Shown in pieces: positions 12,701 through 25,805 of a DNA stretch of 64,000 bases; position 1 is the first letter of the stretch; the number at the start of each line of letters is the position of its first letter. The notes beneath the pieces are model-generated. The model saw nothing but the letters and a program-made list of their open reading frames with translations, did not search any database and had not been told where the DNA came from. The stretch comes from the human T2T-CHM13v2.0 reference genome, Homo sapiens. The position numbers and the translations under genes are program-made. Location of the stretch: NCBI RefSeq assembly GCF_009914755.1, contig NC_060928.1. One strand, given 5' to 3'.

Positions 12701-13959
12701 TGCTTGGATCCACACAAAAAAGTTATATTCTTTAACTTAAGAAAATAAACATACATGAAGCAGCATAAAAATGCAGTAACATGGCACATACTATTTATAA
12801 CAACTTTCCACATGTCAAAATGGAGATCTAAGCTCTAATAAGTTACCTTTGAATATACTATTCAAGTCATATTCAGTTTCGGGAGTGGATGCGTGTTATT
12901 GATGGCTCCTCTCTAGTTTCCTCCCGTTCTCAGGTGGTGCTGCTTGCACAGTGGCTGAATTATGCATCGTGATCAGGATGGCTCTGGGTGAGCATCTTAC
13001 TGTCCAGATTTCTGCCAATATGCAAGTTTGATTATAATACCTCTGACACTTGGGTAGATTGGCCAGAACTCAGAAACTGTTTTTCTTCTACTTTTCAGTA
13101 TGATATTTCCTGTATCAACTTATTTGAAAAGAGGAATTTTGGATTTGCAAGGAAAAAAAGAGCTGTTCTCTTAACCTCAAAAATGACATGGTTAGAATTT
13201 GGGAAGGGTTAGCTCTTACTTTTCTGAATCAATTTTTCCCATCCATGTATTTCAAATATCGCTTTGTGCAGAGAATGTACTTTGGGAAGCAGAATTTTCT
13301 GGTTCCTGGAGAACATGCTTGGAAGGCCCAATTCTGCCTTCCATGAGGGTGATTGACAGGGAAGGTGTGGGGAAGTTGAGGCAACGTAGTCTGGGGGATG
13401 AAGGTGTTCACTGTTAAGTGTAGCTTTGGAAGGGGACAGTGTCAGATCTATTCTGACACTGTCAGAGGTGTGGTGTTCCTTTTGTTCACAGAGTGTGTGC
13501 TTACAAGTCCTCTAATAAGGATCTTTATGTTGGCATGAAATAGCTGGAAACTGATTTTTATGTTGTGTCTATCTATAGTTTTCCAGAATTAATTTAGCTC
13601 AAATAGATTTTTGATTTACAAGATATACAGGGCTATCCTTTATGCACAAGGATGGTCCTGTGAACATTGATCACTAAGATATATGCCATTACTTGCTTTT
13701 ATAGAAATAAAGAAAATGTATACTGATTTATGCAAATCATCTTTCCCAATTCTCCTTAGAAGCACACATTAGTACTCATTTTTTTTAGTGCAGTAGGGTT
13801 AAAATGATGTTTGGCTATTTATAGAGCAAGTTGACTAGTTTACTCAGAAATTGTACCTATGGCTCTGGGCTTCAGTATGATGCAAATCATGGATCACACA
13901 CAGTACTGTATTATAATCACCACCAAACAACTAAAGTTTGTCTCTCACTAATGCAAAGT

Positions 13960-14250
13960 TTTCTGTTGAGGAGAGGGGCCTTCTAGGGCAGCAGTTTTCC
14001 CAGTTCAGCATTCTTAGCTGCTTGATATCATGGTATTCCCATATCAAGATATGCTCCTGTAATCACTGAATAGGCAAAGAGAAGGCTGGTGAATCCATCA
14101 CTGGAAGTTAAATAGTTTCCTTCAGAAGTGACACGTCACTTTCACTCATATTCTATTAGCCAAATCAGCAAGAAGGCCAGCCCTAGCTTCAGAAGAGTGG
14201 AACATGTAGTCCTGCCAGTGGCTAGAAGTGGAGAAGAACTGGCTATTAGG
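13960..14250 (-). mobile_element. Old MaLR (MLT1J/K-like) LTR fragment
   Basis: AGAAGTGACACGTCACTTTCACTCATATTCTATTAGCCA is typical of old MLT1 LTRs. Confidence 0.45.
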
Positions 14251-15319
14251 GACTGATGCTTACCACATATATGTTGACATTTCAAATGTATTGCTTTGAA
14301 TAGTGCTTAAGACACTATTGGTCAGTACCTGTCAAGTGATGAATAAATGTTGAGATTTATAGATTGACGTGCTGAAAAGTTGGGGCTAGTGAACAGACTG
14401 ACAATTGGGAAATATTACATGAAACTTTTTCTATAGTTATGCTTTGGTTTCTATCAGAGCAGAATCTATAGGTTATGATCCAGTTCCACTGCATTTGTAA
14501 CTAGCAATGTCAACTGACATGAAGAAATAAAAATAGGCTACTGTTAGGAGAGCTAGAGAAATATAATGTAACTCCCTAGAACTAGAATGCCTATGCTGAT
14601 GGTCCTATGAAAGTTTTCCTACATTTCTAATGGATAATTTTAATTAACTCCTATAGGAGTTTCCCATAGGAACAACTATAGGAAATCAAAGCATTACCAA
14701 GAAGACATAGCACAGAAAATGTGCTTTAAAAATCTTCTTATATTATAGATCTGAGAAAGAGAATGCTTACAAAAATGTAACCTGGGGGAGTAAAGCACTT
14801 TTAAGAAAGAAAAGTACTTTCTGAATTAACTTTCTTTAATCAAATAAAATCCTTGAGCCAACTGAAATGTGATGGGGCTGTAGCTAGGGATACACATTTA
14901 TGATATATTTGTATAGCATGCATTACTGGTCCTCATGAATTAAATTTTCTTTTTGCATTTCGCGGTGATCCAGCTATGAAAATATGTTCATGAAATGTAA
15001 ACTGCCAGGAGATTAGATAAATACCATAGATTGAGGGAAGGAAGATAAAGGAACCCTCCAAGATATTTTGATGCTCTTGTTTTCTGTGGAACAAGGAATG
15101 GCAAAAAGAGGAAGAACATGCTTCAACACTCCCCAGGGGAGGGCAGTCAGAGTCTTATCGTCAGAGAGGGGGAAATGAGGATTGCAGATGTTTTCTTAAA
15201 TTCTCTTCTTCAGCATTGTTACAACCAAAGAAAGCAAATCCTGTGATTTAATTTCAGATATATATTTGGTGCTGGGACATATCAGTGTCCCTTAGGCTGA
15301 TATCTGGGACAGGCTGATA

Positions 15320-15490
15320 GGAAGAACTCAAATTGTGTTCAAATCTGGTTTCACTACTTTCCAGCTGTGAGATCCTGAACAAATCATGTAAACTCTTCAT
15401 GCCTTAGTTTCCTCATCCATAAAATGGGGTTAATAATAGCACCTAGCGAGGATTAAAAAAGAAAAAGCACTTAGGAGAAGTACATAGTGT
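15320..15490 (+). mobile_element. MIR
   Basis: CAGCTGTGAGATCCTGAACAAATC...GCCTTAGTTTCCTCATCCATAAAATGGGG. Confidence 0.75.
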
Positions 15491-15659
15491 TTTCTGTGTG
15501 TGTTATTTTTATTTCATCAGGTATACAGTAGTGTAGCCAACTCCACCCACAGAAGCTTCCTCTGGGAACTTATCGTGCAGATGTAATGCGGTGTTAGGAG
15601 ACTTACCCAGGTCATAAATAAAGTCCCAAATCATTAGCAGAGTTGGAGTGCTGCTCTGC

Positions 15660-15819
15660 TGTTAAGGATGGGGCTGGGAATGAACTCCCAGTATCATCCC
15701 AGGCAGGGAAGGATGTTAAGGATGGGGCTGGGAATGAACTCCCAGTATCATCCCAGGCAGGGAAGGATGTTAAGGATGGGGCTGGGAATGAACTCCACAG
15801 CATCATCCCAGGCAGGGAA
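15660..15819 (+). repeat. 54-bp minisatellite, about 3 copies
   Basis: Unit TGTTAAGGATGGGGCTGGGAATGAACTCCCAGTATCATCCCAGGCAGGGAAGGA starts at 15660, 15714 and 15768. The first two copies are identical. Confidence 0.95.
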
Positions 15820-16777
15820 AACAAATCTGACTCACATTTTGTTGCATGTTCAAAAGAAAATCAGGCTCACTAAATTAAAAAGAGATCTAATTATTTAAAA
15901 AATGTTGTTACTGTTGTTGGAATTTGAATTTTAAATCAAAATTATATTGCAAAATAGATGACAAGAAGTTGAAATATTAACTGAGGGAAACAGTTTTGGC
16001 ACTCCAAGAAAAACCCTTGTAATTAATCTTCACTGGTAATCTCCTCAGGCTAACCATTACTAATTAGAAACATGTTTTGTCAACCCATCCAGACTTTAAG
16101 CCTGGTGATGGTAGGAGTATATTTTTTTGTACTGCCATAGCCCCAAGACTGAGTAGTATGCTTTGCATACAGCAAATGTATAATCAATGAAGTTTGTTAC
16201 TACTTTGCACTGAGGGCTAAACATAACATCATACACTTAAGGCAAACACAGAACAGAAGGCTTTTCCTGGGATGGAGCTATTCTCTTTTCCAATCACGTG
16301 CTGTTGTTGAGAGACCATCTATGTGGAAAGAGTGATTTGGTTCTGACAGTGTGAGCCACAACATCTGGAGTCTGGCCCTCCACCCCAGGCCTTGACCTTC
16401 TCAGTCAGAAACAGTAGATAAATAGTGCCTGTAGAGAAATGATTTAATCAGCAAAAAGATGCAACCTTGTAAAATCCACGAGGGCAACATGACTAGTGTT
16501 TTACAGATAAGTTCATACTGAGTATCATTCTTAGCATAAAGGCATTTACAGTCTTTACTTGATAAGTTATCAGAAGAGGCTTCTGTGCTTTGGGTGCAGA
16601 TGATATAATTCTCAGCTTCCCATTCCTACCTGCTCTACTTTGCTGACCGACACGGTTTTATTAACCATGCCCCTTCCTACTCTCTTAGAAGGCTGGCATG
16701 CTTACAGGTGCTCTCTTAATGTGATTCAGACTTTGTGTTACTTTTTTTTTATTGTGGTAAAATACACTGTATGTTAA

Positions 16778-16987
<210 letters not shown>

Positions 16988-17800
16988 TAATCATTTTAAA
17001 GTGTACAGTTCAGTGGCATTAAGTATATGTGTCCACTTTAAAAATCAAAATATTATTCACATTTTGGGGCATTTACTACTTATTAACACTTTTACCAAAG
17101 GAAAACCTGGCACAGAAGAGCAGGGACACCCTTAACACATAATGAGTTCTCTCAGCAGCAGCTGATTGTAAAATGAGTTGGTAGAGTAGGAATTAGAATT
17201 TATTGACTAAAGCAGAAATGTTGTGTTAGCCGTAGCCATTATTCTTTTTTTTTGATTTCTCGACATTTTTATTAATTATTTTGTTTTTTTACAGCTTGAT
17301 CCTCTTATGAAAAGGAAAGAATTTAAAGATGAACAATTACATTTTTGTTTAAACGGCAATTAATCCTTATTACAGAGAACAAAAGATCTGTGGCACATTG
17401 TCTTTGGAAAGATCTTTTGCAGATTTTTCTTCTAAAACAACTATAATTCTCTCACAGATCACATATTCTCTTTCAAACGACTATACAAGGCAGCTACACT
17501 TTATTCACAAAGCCCCAAGTTGCAGTTCCATTGCTGAAGCAGGTAAAATACATGGAGTTCCCCTTAATTTGTGTTGCACATCTTCCCATTGAGAGCATCA
17601 CTGCTTCCCTACCCTATGTACAAAATCATTGTGTTGATGATAGCTGGCACGTTATTCCACAGTAATTAAAGAAAAACTCATTATTTTAAAGCTAGACCAT
17701 TGATTTTCATTTATCAACTGGAAAATTTACTCCTTTTTAAAACAATTTTAATAATACCAAGATTTGACTTTCCTCCAAAGTTATAAGAAAGCAAAAAATA

Positions 17801-17844
17801 TATAATATAATATAATATAATATAATATAATATAATATAATATA
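17801..17844 (+). repeat. (TATAA)8 microsatellite
   Basis: Read directly from the sequence. Confidence 0.95.
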
Positions 17845-17945
17845 CAATGGTAATAAAAAAAAGGCAACCTTGCTCAGGTATCACCCAAAACATGATCACA
17901 TTCAGAAAAAAAAAATTAAAACAAGATTTGGGACACATGCGTGCG

Positions 17946-17954
<9 letters not shown>

Positions 17955-17977
<23 letters not shown>

Positions 17978-17980
17978 CAC
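17955..17980 (+). repeat. (AC)13 microsatellite
   Basis: Read directly from the sequence. Confidence 0.95.
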
Positions 17981-19822
17981 CCCAACATGAACAGTGTATA
18001 CTCGATATCTGAGGGGGATGTGCAGTAATTTTAACAATACATGTTGATGGCCTGAACGAAAGGTGAAGTTAATACTGCCTGTGTTAAGCATTGCTTAAAA
18101 AATCTACTTTTAAGCAAAGCAAGTTGTCTTCCTTAGGTCAGCCACTGCCTGGTCCAACCAGTGCAGCTTGGCCAGCCTCACTATGAGTGGTCTTATTCCC
18201 TTGTCCTCTCCAGGCCGATATACTAATATATAGGCTCACAAGGAGCTGTAGGGTTTCCCTCCTGCCCTCTTAGGTAGAGAAGTATAGGCACTTCTCTACC
18301 CAGTACAGTGCCTGCTGATCTCAGACGCTCAGTGGAACAGAATATAGTGTCATTTCCCCCTGACAATAAGAAATTTATAGCCATCTGAAGAAAAGCAGTA
18401 GTTGGTATTTGTCAACTCACCATAAATAAGAACTGAAGAACATGGTCAGTGCTCACAATTCATGAAGAGATGAACACTCTAAGTCACCGAGAAACCAACA
18501 CAACTGGATTGCATATTTGAGGTTCACATGGTGGCGATACCACTTGCAGTGTTTGAAAGAAAACCCCTAACACTATGCTATTCTGCCGTTACACCTCCTT
18601 CCAATAGAATGACACAAAATAAAGGCACAGGAAAAATACCTTACATCCGTTAATCCTAAGTGGGACCCAAAACAAAAGAGGCAACTGGCTCAAGAACAGG
18701 AGGGGAAAAAAAGTACTGCCATAATTGATCCTAGCATCCCTTCATGGCTGCAATGCGTAACTCTCACTTTTCAGTGAGAAAAATCTATACTCTTGTGTTT
18801 CTAAAGGAAGCACAAAATATTCTTGCAAGATTTAAATACTGCTAATCAGTGGCAAAGAGTGTAAACAGATGAAATGGCAAAGTTTAAAAGTTTTTTGTTT
18901 GGGAAAATAAAGAATCTGTGGTAGGAAGCAAGCAGGTTTAAGTACATTAAAAACAAACAAACAAACACAAAAAAACCGAAAGCCTGGCCTCAGGCCTTAA
19001 TCTACTTTAAGATGGATGAATACAACTCAAACTTCATAAAGCAGAGGAGTAAAAGGTGCAAGAGCCATGTAGCATCCCTGAAGCCAACCATAGCCATTAT
19101 TCTTGCTATTCTTTTCTCTCAACAGAATTGGTTAGACTTGCTAATAACTTCACAGAGATCACAGCTCTCTAAGCTGAGTGATTCTTTAAAATGAACACAG
19201 TTAGAAGTGGATCTGTAGACCTTTAAGCCAGGTGGAAAATTCTGGAATACTGTTTTCCTGTGGTAACTGCAGTTTTTGAAAGACCACCTCACCTTTCCGT
19301 GACTCTGACGGTAGAGACAGGGCGACATCACCTTCCTTCCTACCTGGAAAGACAGTCCTCAGTCCTTTTTCTCTCGTTTGGTAGGAGCCAATCTGTGCTT
19401 TAAGGCCTATTTCAAACATTTGTGTCCAAAAAGTAGGGCAAAGATGATGGCAGCAGTAAGACAGCATGCGCTTGAGAAATTTAGGAGCCAAAGGAAGGAG
19501 GGGACAGAGGGAGTCAAGTGAAAGTCTTTAAATATGCTTTTGTTTTCATTTTAATTTCTAGATAGGAGAGTATATTTGATGATGGAAGTGATAATTCTCT
19601 TCCGTGAGGAAATCAAAGTTTGTAGAGAAAAATGATAGAATCTAAATGTTGGAAGCCAGCTGGTCTATTCTCCACCCAGTGTTATGTCCCTGATGGGGAA
19701 TCCAAATTTCTCCTGGACGCACACAGGGATGGGGAGCTCCCTCTTGAGCTATTCTCAAGATTACCTAACTCCCTTCACTGTCTCCTGCATTCACCAAGCA
19801 ACCCTGATCTAGGGAAAGATAC

Positions 19823-20223
19823 TGTATTAATTTGCTAAGGCTGCCATAAGACAATAACTACAGACAGTGTGGCTTAAACAGCAGAAATTAATTTTCTCAC
19901 AAATCTTGAGGGTAGAAGTCCAAGATCAGAGTGCTGGCAGGGTTAGTTTCCTCTGAGTCCTTTCTCCTTGGCTTGCAGATGGCTGCCTCTTGTTGCCTCA
20001 TCACAGGGTTGTTCCTCTGTATAAGCACATCCCTGGTATCTCTCCCTCTTCTTATTAGCACACCAGTCATATTGGATTAGGACCCAACCTCAATGACCTA
20101 ATTTTAATTTAATCACCTCCTGAAAGAGTTTATCTTCAAACATGGTTACATTCTGAGGTACTGGGAGTTGGGATTTCAATATACAAATTTTGGGAGGTAG
20201 AGGACACAATTCAGCCCCTAAGA
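19823..20223 (-). mobile_element. MaLR solo LTR (MLT1A/B-like)
   Basis: TGTATTAATTTGCTAAGGCTGCCATAA...GACACAATTCAGCCCCTAAGA with 5-bp TSD GATAC/GATGC. Confidence 0.8.
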
Positions 20224-20685
20224 GATGCTCTGGATGGAGTCATACCAGGACACTCCAGTGAGCCACAGAAATCTTGCAGATGTGCTGAGATATCGATTCC
20301 TTTAGTCTTTGAGGTGGCTGTTTAGGGTGAGGGGCTACTGGGCACCAAGAGGAGCTGCCAAATTTACTCCAGTGTATCTTTCAAAGATCAACATTTCTAT
20401 TAGTGGCACAATGCAAAAAATACTGTGAAGCACTGGTGGAAGACCCATATATTCCAGCAACTATAAAGATTATGTTTATTATTCTAAATTAATATGTTGT
20501 CTCGCAAAGCGGACATGAACACTCATCACCACTGTTATGCAGTGTAAATGTAAGATAGGATTTATTTGGAGGACAAAACTTAAAGCAGAGAAGTGCATAG
20601 GAACCTCCAAGCTCTCATGATCCCACACAGAGACACACTTAGGCTAGGCCCAGCTGGAATGGTTGTATCATGAATGGACCCACCC

Positions 20686-21077
20686 TGTCTTAGTCCATTT
20701 GTATCACTATAACAGTATACCACAGACTGGGTAGTTTATAAAGAAAAGAAGCTTATTCCTTATTGTTCTGGAGGCTGGGAAGTCCAGTATCAAGATGGTG
20801 GCATCTGGCAAGGGTCTTCTTGCTGTGTCATCCCAAGGTGGAGGGTGAGAGAGGGAGAAAGGGGAAGACAGCAAGCAAGAGAGGGCTGAACTCCATTTGA
20901 TAAAAAACTCACTCTTGCAATAATGAATCCATTCCTGCGATAGCAACATTAATCTATTCATGAGAGCAGAACCCTCAGGACCTAATCACCCCTTAAAGGT
21001 CCCACTTCTTAACACTATTGCATTGGGGATTACACTTTCCAGAAGTGGACTTTGGGGCACACATTCAAACCATAGCA
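20686..21077 (-). mobile_element. MaLR solo LTR (MST-like)
   Basis: TGTCTTAGTCCATTT...CACATTCAAACCATAGCA with 5-bp TSD CACCC/CACCT. Confidence 0.85.
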
Positions 21078-22594
21078 CACCTGTACAATGCTCCATGTCA
21101 GTGCTGCTCACGGTGTACTCCATTGGCTGGCAGTTAGTTGCCAGTCCATGAGGGACACAAGGAGATGGCACCAGTATGTAAATCTGCTATGTCCCTAAGC
21201 ACAATGTGTAGTTCAGCAGGCATTTTATTTTCTTGTAGCAAGGCTTCCTTGATGAAGACAGTAGTGTGTTGATTTACAGTGTGATACAACTTTCAGGCCC
21301 ATATCAAACAGTTCCAGTCTGTCCTTTGAGCATAGGGACTTATGAGCAGAAAGCATTAATGGAGGCCTCTGGTGGGGGAAGTGGCCTCATTAGGAAAGAA
21401 AGTCTTTGAGGCTCAGCAGCTGCTGTCAGCTTGGATTCCTCTGAGCTAACTCAGATTTGCTGAGTCAGCTTCTAAGCTAACAAACGTTGGAAGAAGTGAG
21501 CCTTCAGGGTTGTCCAGCTTTATTTCTCCTCACATACTATCCTTTAGGCCTATTATCAATTTCTTTAGTATGTGATAAGCCTCCGATCAATTCTCTATGC
21601 ACTGACAGATTGTGTTTCTGGATCTGCAATACTGAAGACCATGCTCTGGTCTATGGTGACACAGGAAACTACTGCCACCTTTTGAGCAGCTGACCGTCCA
21701 CCCAGCCACACTTTCTGACATCTTTCCATCAGGAAATACTTGACACACAGTATTTTCTTTTTTCTCATTTTCTACAGGATCTGATTAATTTAACAGTTTC
21801 CTTTGCCCTGTTTCAGTCATGAGCCTTGATGCTATCTTTGACACCGTGCTTATCTCCTTTATCTTTTTAATTATCATTTTAAACATCCTTGTTACTCAAT
21901 TTGTGTGTGTGCGGGTAATAAGTAGTGTTCTCAAACATTTTTCTATTTACTCCCAAGAATTGTTAGAAGCTGCTGATAATAGTTTCTGTCTTAATTGTTT
22001 TTTGACCATGGAATTTGGTAGTATGGCTGCATTTGGATGATTCATCCCTCCTTCTCAGATTTTCATTTGATGTCTTGCTCTTTTTCCGATGAGGAAACTG
22101 CCTTTGAAGTGCATTTCCACCTGACTTTCCACTCTTCACCTATCAGTGGTCCAGTATTTAGGCATCATAAACCAGGATCTAGACAAGTGAACTTATTCTT
22201 TGACATTATTTACATAGCAAGTTGCTCATTTTCTATGCCCTCTTCCTTCCCAAATTGTTATCTCCAACTGGAAAGACAGATGAAAATTCAAGATAGGTCT
22301 CCATGTGCCAGTTTGTGCAGGATTTCAAAGCCACTTCAGGTGTAATCCCTATTTCTTCGAGGAACGTTAAGTGGCCTGAAAATTGAAGGAGAAAAAAGAT
22401 GGAATATCTCCTCAAGCGTACAGATGAAGACAGCCAGGTGACCTTGAGAAAGTTACTTTACCTCTTTGTCTTGCTTTCCTTCTCTATGAAATGAAAATCA
22501 TGTGTAATGAAATAAAACACATAGGAAACAAATGCTTAATTATGTTTGTGCATTAATGAAGCTGAGTTGACTTATTTCATGGGTGTGTACATTT

Positions 22595-23780
22595 TGAGAG
22601 GTGACAACGTGCTAGCAGCCCTGGCTCGCTCTCAGCGCCTCCTCGGCCTTGGCGTCCGCTCCGGCCGTGCTCGAGGAGCCCTTCATTCCTCCGCTGCACT
22701 GTGGGGTCCCCTCTCTGGGGCTGGCCGAGGCCGCAACCGGCTCCCTCTGCTCGCGGGGAGGTGTGGAAGGAAAGGCATGGGCGGGAGCCAGACGGTGCGG
22801 TTCCGGATGGCTGTGGCCCCGCACTCGGCGTGGCCAGCTGGCGCCTGCTGGGCTTGATCGAAGGCTGGGTCTTGTGCGTGGACCACCGCTCCCTCTTCGT
22901 GGGGTCATTGGCCACAATGGCGGGTCTCCATCTCTTTCTCGCTTCCCCTCTTTTCCTCTTGGTTGTCTGGGATGAGCTCCCTCTGGGCTGCCAGGGTGCC
23001 TGGGATAGGCACTGCAAAATCCAGCCAGGGTACCAGTGAGAGGTGAAGCTGGCTGGGTTTCTCCCACGGGTGGGGACTTGGAGAACTTTTGGGTCTAGCT
23101 AAAGGATTGTAAATGCACCATTCAGCCCTCTGTGTCTAGCTAAAGGTTTGTAAATGCACCAATCAGCACTCTGTCAAAACAGACCAATCAGCTGTCTGTA
23201 AAACGGACCAATCAGCTCTCTGTAAAATGGACCAATCAGCTCTCTGTTAAATGGACCAATCAGCTCTCTGTAAAATGGACCAATCAGCAGGATGTGGGTG
23301 GGGCCAGATAAGGGAATAAAAGTAGGCCACCTGAGTTAGCGGCGGAAGCCCACCCGGATTTCTTTCCTAATGGTGGAAGTTTTGTTCTTTTGCTCTTAGC
23401 AATAAAACTTGCTGCTGCTCACTTTTTGGGTCCATGCTGCGTTTGTAAGATGTAACACTCATTGGGAAGGTCTGCGGCTTCACTCCCAAAGCCGGTGAGA
23501 CCATAAACCCACTGGAAGGAACGAGCAACTTCAGATGCACCGCCTGTAAGAGCTGTAACACTCACAGCGAGGGTCTGCAACTTCACTCCTGAAGTCAGTG
23601 AGTCCACGAACCCACCACTAGGAGTTTCTTCTACTGGTGGAAGAAACTCCGGACGGGTCCGAACATCAGAAGGAACAAACTTCAGATACACCGTCTTTAA
23701 GAACTGTAACACACACCGTCAGGGTCCACAGCTTTAGTCTTGAAATCAGTGAGACCAAGAACCTGCAAAGTCTGGACACA
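22595..23780 (+). mobile_element. ERV9 solo LTR (LTR12 family)
   Basis: TG...CA termini (TGAGAGGTGACA / TCTGGACACA) and 4-bp TSD ATTT. Six tandem CCAATCAG repeats at 23159-23287, AGATAA at 23306, AATAAAA TATA at 23315, poly(A) signal at 23401. Confidence 0.95.
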
Positions 23781-23819
23781 ATTTCATTGTAGAGGATTTT
23801 AATTTAAAATAAAAAATAA

Positions 23820-24030
23820 CTTACAGTACCAAGTCCTTGTATAATGCTTACACTACGAGGACCTGTTTAAGTCCTTTGCATTTATTTATGCAGCTCATGC
23901 TATTCTATGGAGTAGGTATGATTGTCTCCATTTTATGAAAGAAGAAGCAAGGCATGAAGATGTTAAAGATCTTGCCTAGGGTCACACAGCTAACAGGTGC
24001 TGTCAAGTTATGGAGTCTGTGGCCTTAGAA
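23820..24030 (-). mobile_element. MIR
   Basis: CTCCATTTTATGAAAGAAGAAGCAAGGCATG...CTTGCCTAGGGTCACACAGCT. Confidence 0.65.
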
Positions 24031-24382
24031 CGTCTATAGCATGGGGCAGATTTGATTTTCACATGCAGTGTACAAAGTAAAGCCCACTGGGGCTTTCAGA
24101 GCCAGAAACCACTCTTCTTAGGATAGAAGTCATTCATGAATATTGAATAAATGACATTTAGACTACCTACTTAAACCAGGCAGGGTTTAGTTAGGAAAAA
24201 GTTAACATTTTGGGATCACAAGACAAATTACACTCTTTAGGTCATGGCTTGGTCCATATTATGCAAGAAAACCAAAGATCAGATTATGAAAATCTGAATT
24301 CTAACACATAGAAACCAGAATAGGAGTGAAACTTCTTAGGGATACACACAACTATATAATTTAGATTTAAAAAAGAAAAATT

Positions 24383-24679
24383 GGCCGGGCACGGTGGCTC
24401 AAACCTATAATCCCAGCACTTTGGGGGGGCTGAGGTGGGTGGATCACGAGGTCAGGAGATTGAGATCATTCTGACCAACAATGTGAAACCTCGTCTCTAC
24501 CAAAAATACAAAAATTATCTGGGCGTGGTGGCGGGTGCCCACAGTCCCAGCTACTCGGGAGGCTGGGGCAGGAGAATGGCTTGAACCTGGGAGGTGGAGG
24601 TTGTAGTGAGCCTAGATTGTGCTACTGCACTCCAGCCTGGAGACAGAGCAAGACTCTGTCTCAAAAAAAAAAAAAAAAA
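24383..24679 (+). mobile_element. Alu (AluSc-like), full length
   Basis: GGCCGGGCACGGTGGCTC through to a poly(A) tail. Confidence 0.95.
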
Positions 24680-25277
24680 TCACATAATTTTAAAGCTAGA
24701 AAAGGCTTTTGGTATTGTTTATAATAACCCTTCTCTTTACAGTAAAGGAAGCTGAGGCTCAGAAAAGTTGAAATACTTGACCAAAGTCATGCAGAGAGTT
24801 TGTGAGAGAACTCCTGGTTCATGGCTATTCTCAACAGCCTTGGTGAGTCATGTTTTATGGTGTAGTCTGGGGTTAGATAGCACAACAAAAATCCACTCTG
24901 ATCTTCTGCGTTAATCAGGCTGACTGCATAGTTACTGAAGCTGCACTTCACCTTGAGTTGTGTACACAAAAGTGTTGAGTTAAAGCCTTTCTGGCCATCA
25001 TCATGCCAGTCAGAAAGAGAGAATCAAATTTAACAGGGGAGAAAGTAAAAGAAAATAATGGAAGACTGAAACTGCAACAACAAGAAATCTCCGTGTTTCT
25101 GACCTTCCTGTCCCCCTTAGAATGGACATAATTTTCTTCAGGAAAAAAAAAAAAAAAGACAAGTAGGAACCATGGTCACCTCTCTTGGACTTCAGTTTAT
25201 CCCTTCTTCTGTTTTTAAAAAATGCATTCTCTAAAAAGCCCTGGAGTTAAGGCCCTGAGGATCTAACTTAAAATGGA

Positions 25278-25418
25278 TTTCCTTCCCTCCTTCCTTCCTT
25301 CCTTCCCTCCTTTCCTCCTTCCCTCCCTCCCTCCCTCCCTCCTTTTCTCCTTCCCTCCCTCCCTCTCTCCCTCCCTCCTTCCCTCCCTCCCTCCTTCCCT
25401 CCTTCCCTCCTTCCCTCT
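25278..25418 (+). repeat. (CCCT/CCTT)n polypyrimidine tract
   Basis: About 140 nt of pure pyrimidine next to an Alu tail. Confidence 0.93.
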
Positions 25419-25427
25419 GTCTGTGCT

Positions 25428-25805
<378 letters not shown>

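Noticed and set aside
23100-23290. CRISPR-like regularly spaced repeats
   Set aside because: They are contiguous tandem CCAAT units of the ERV9 LTR U3, with no unique spacers and no cas genes, in eukaryotic context.
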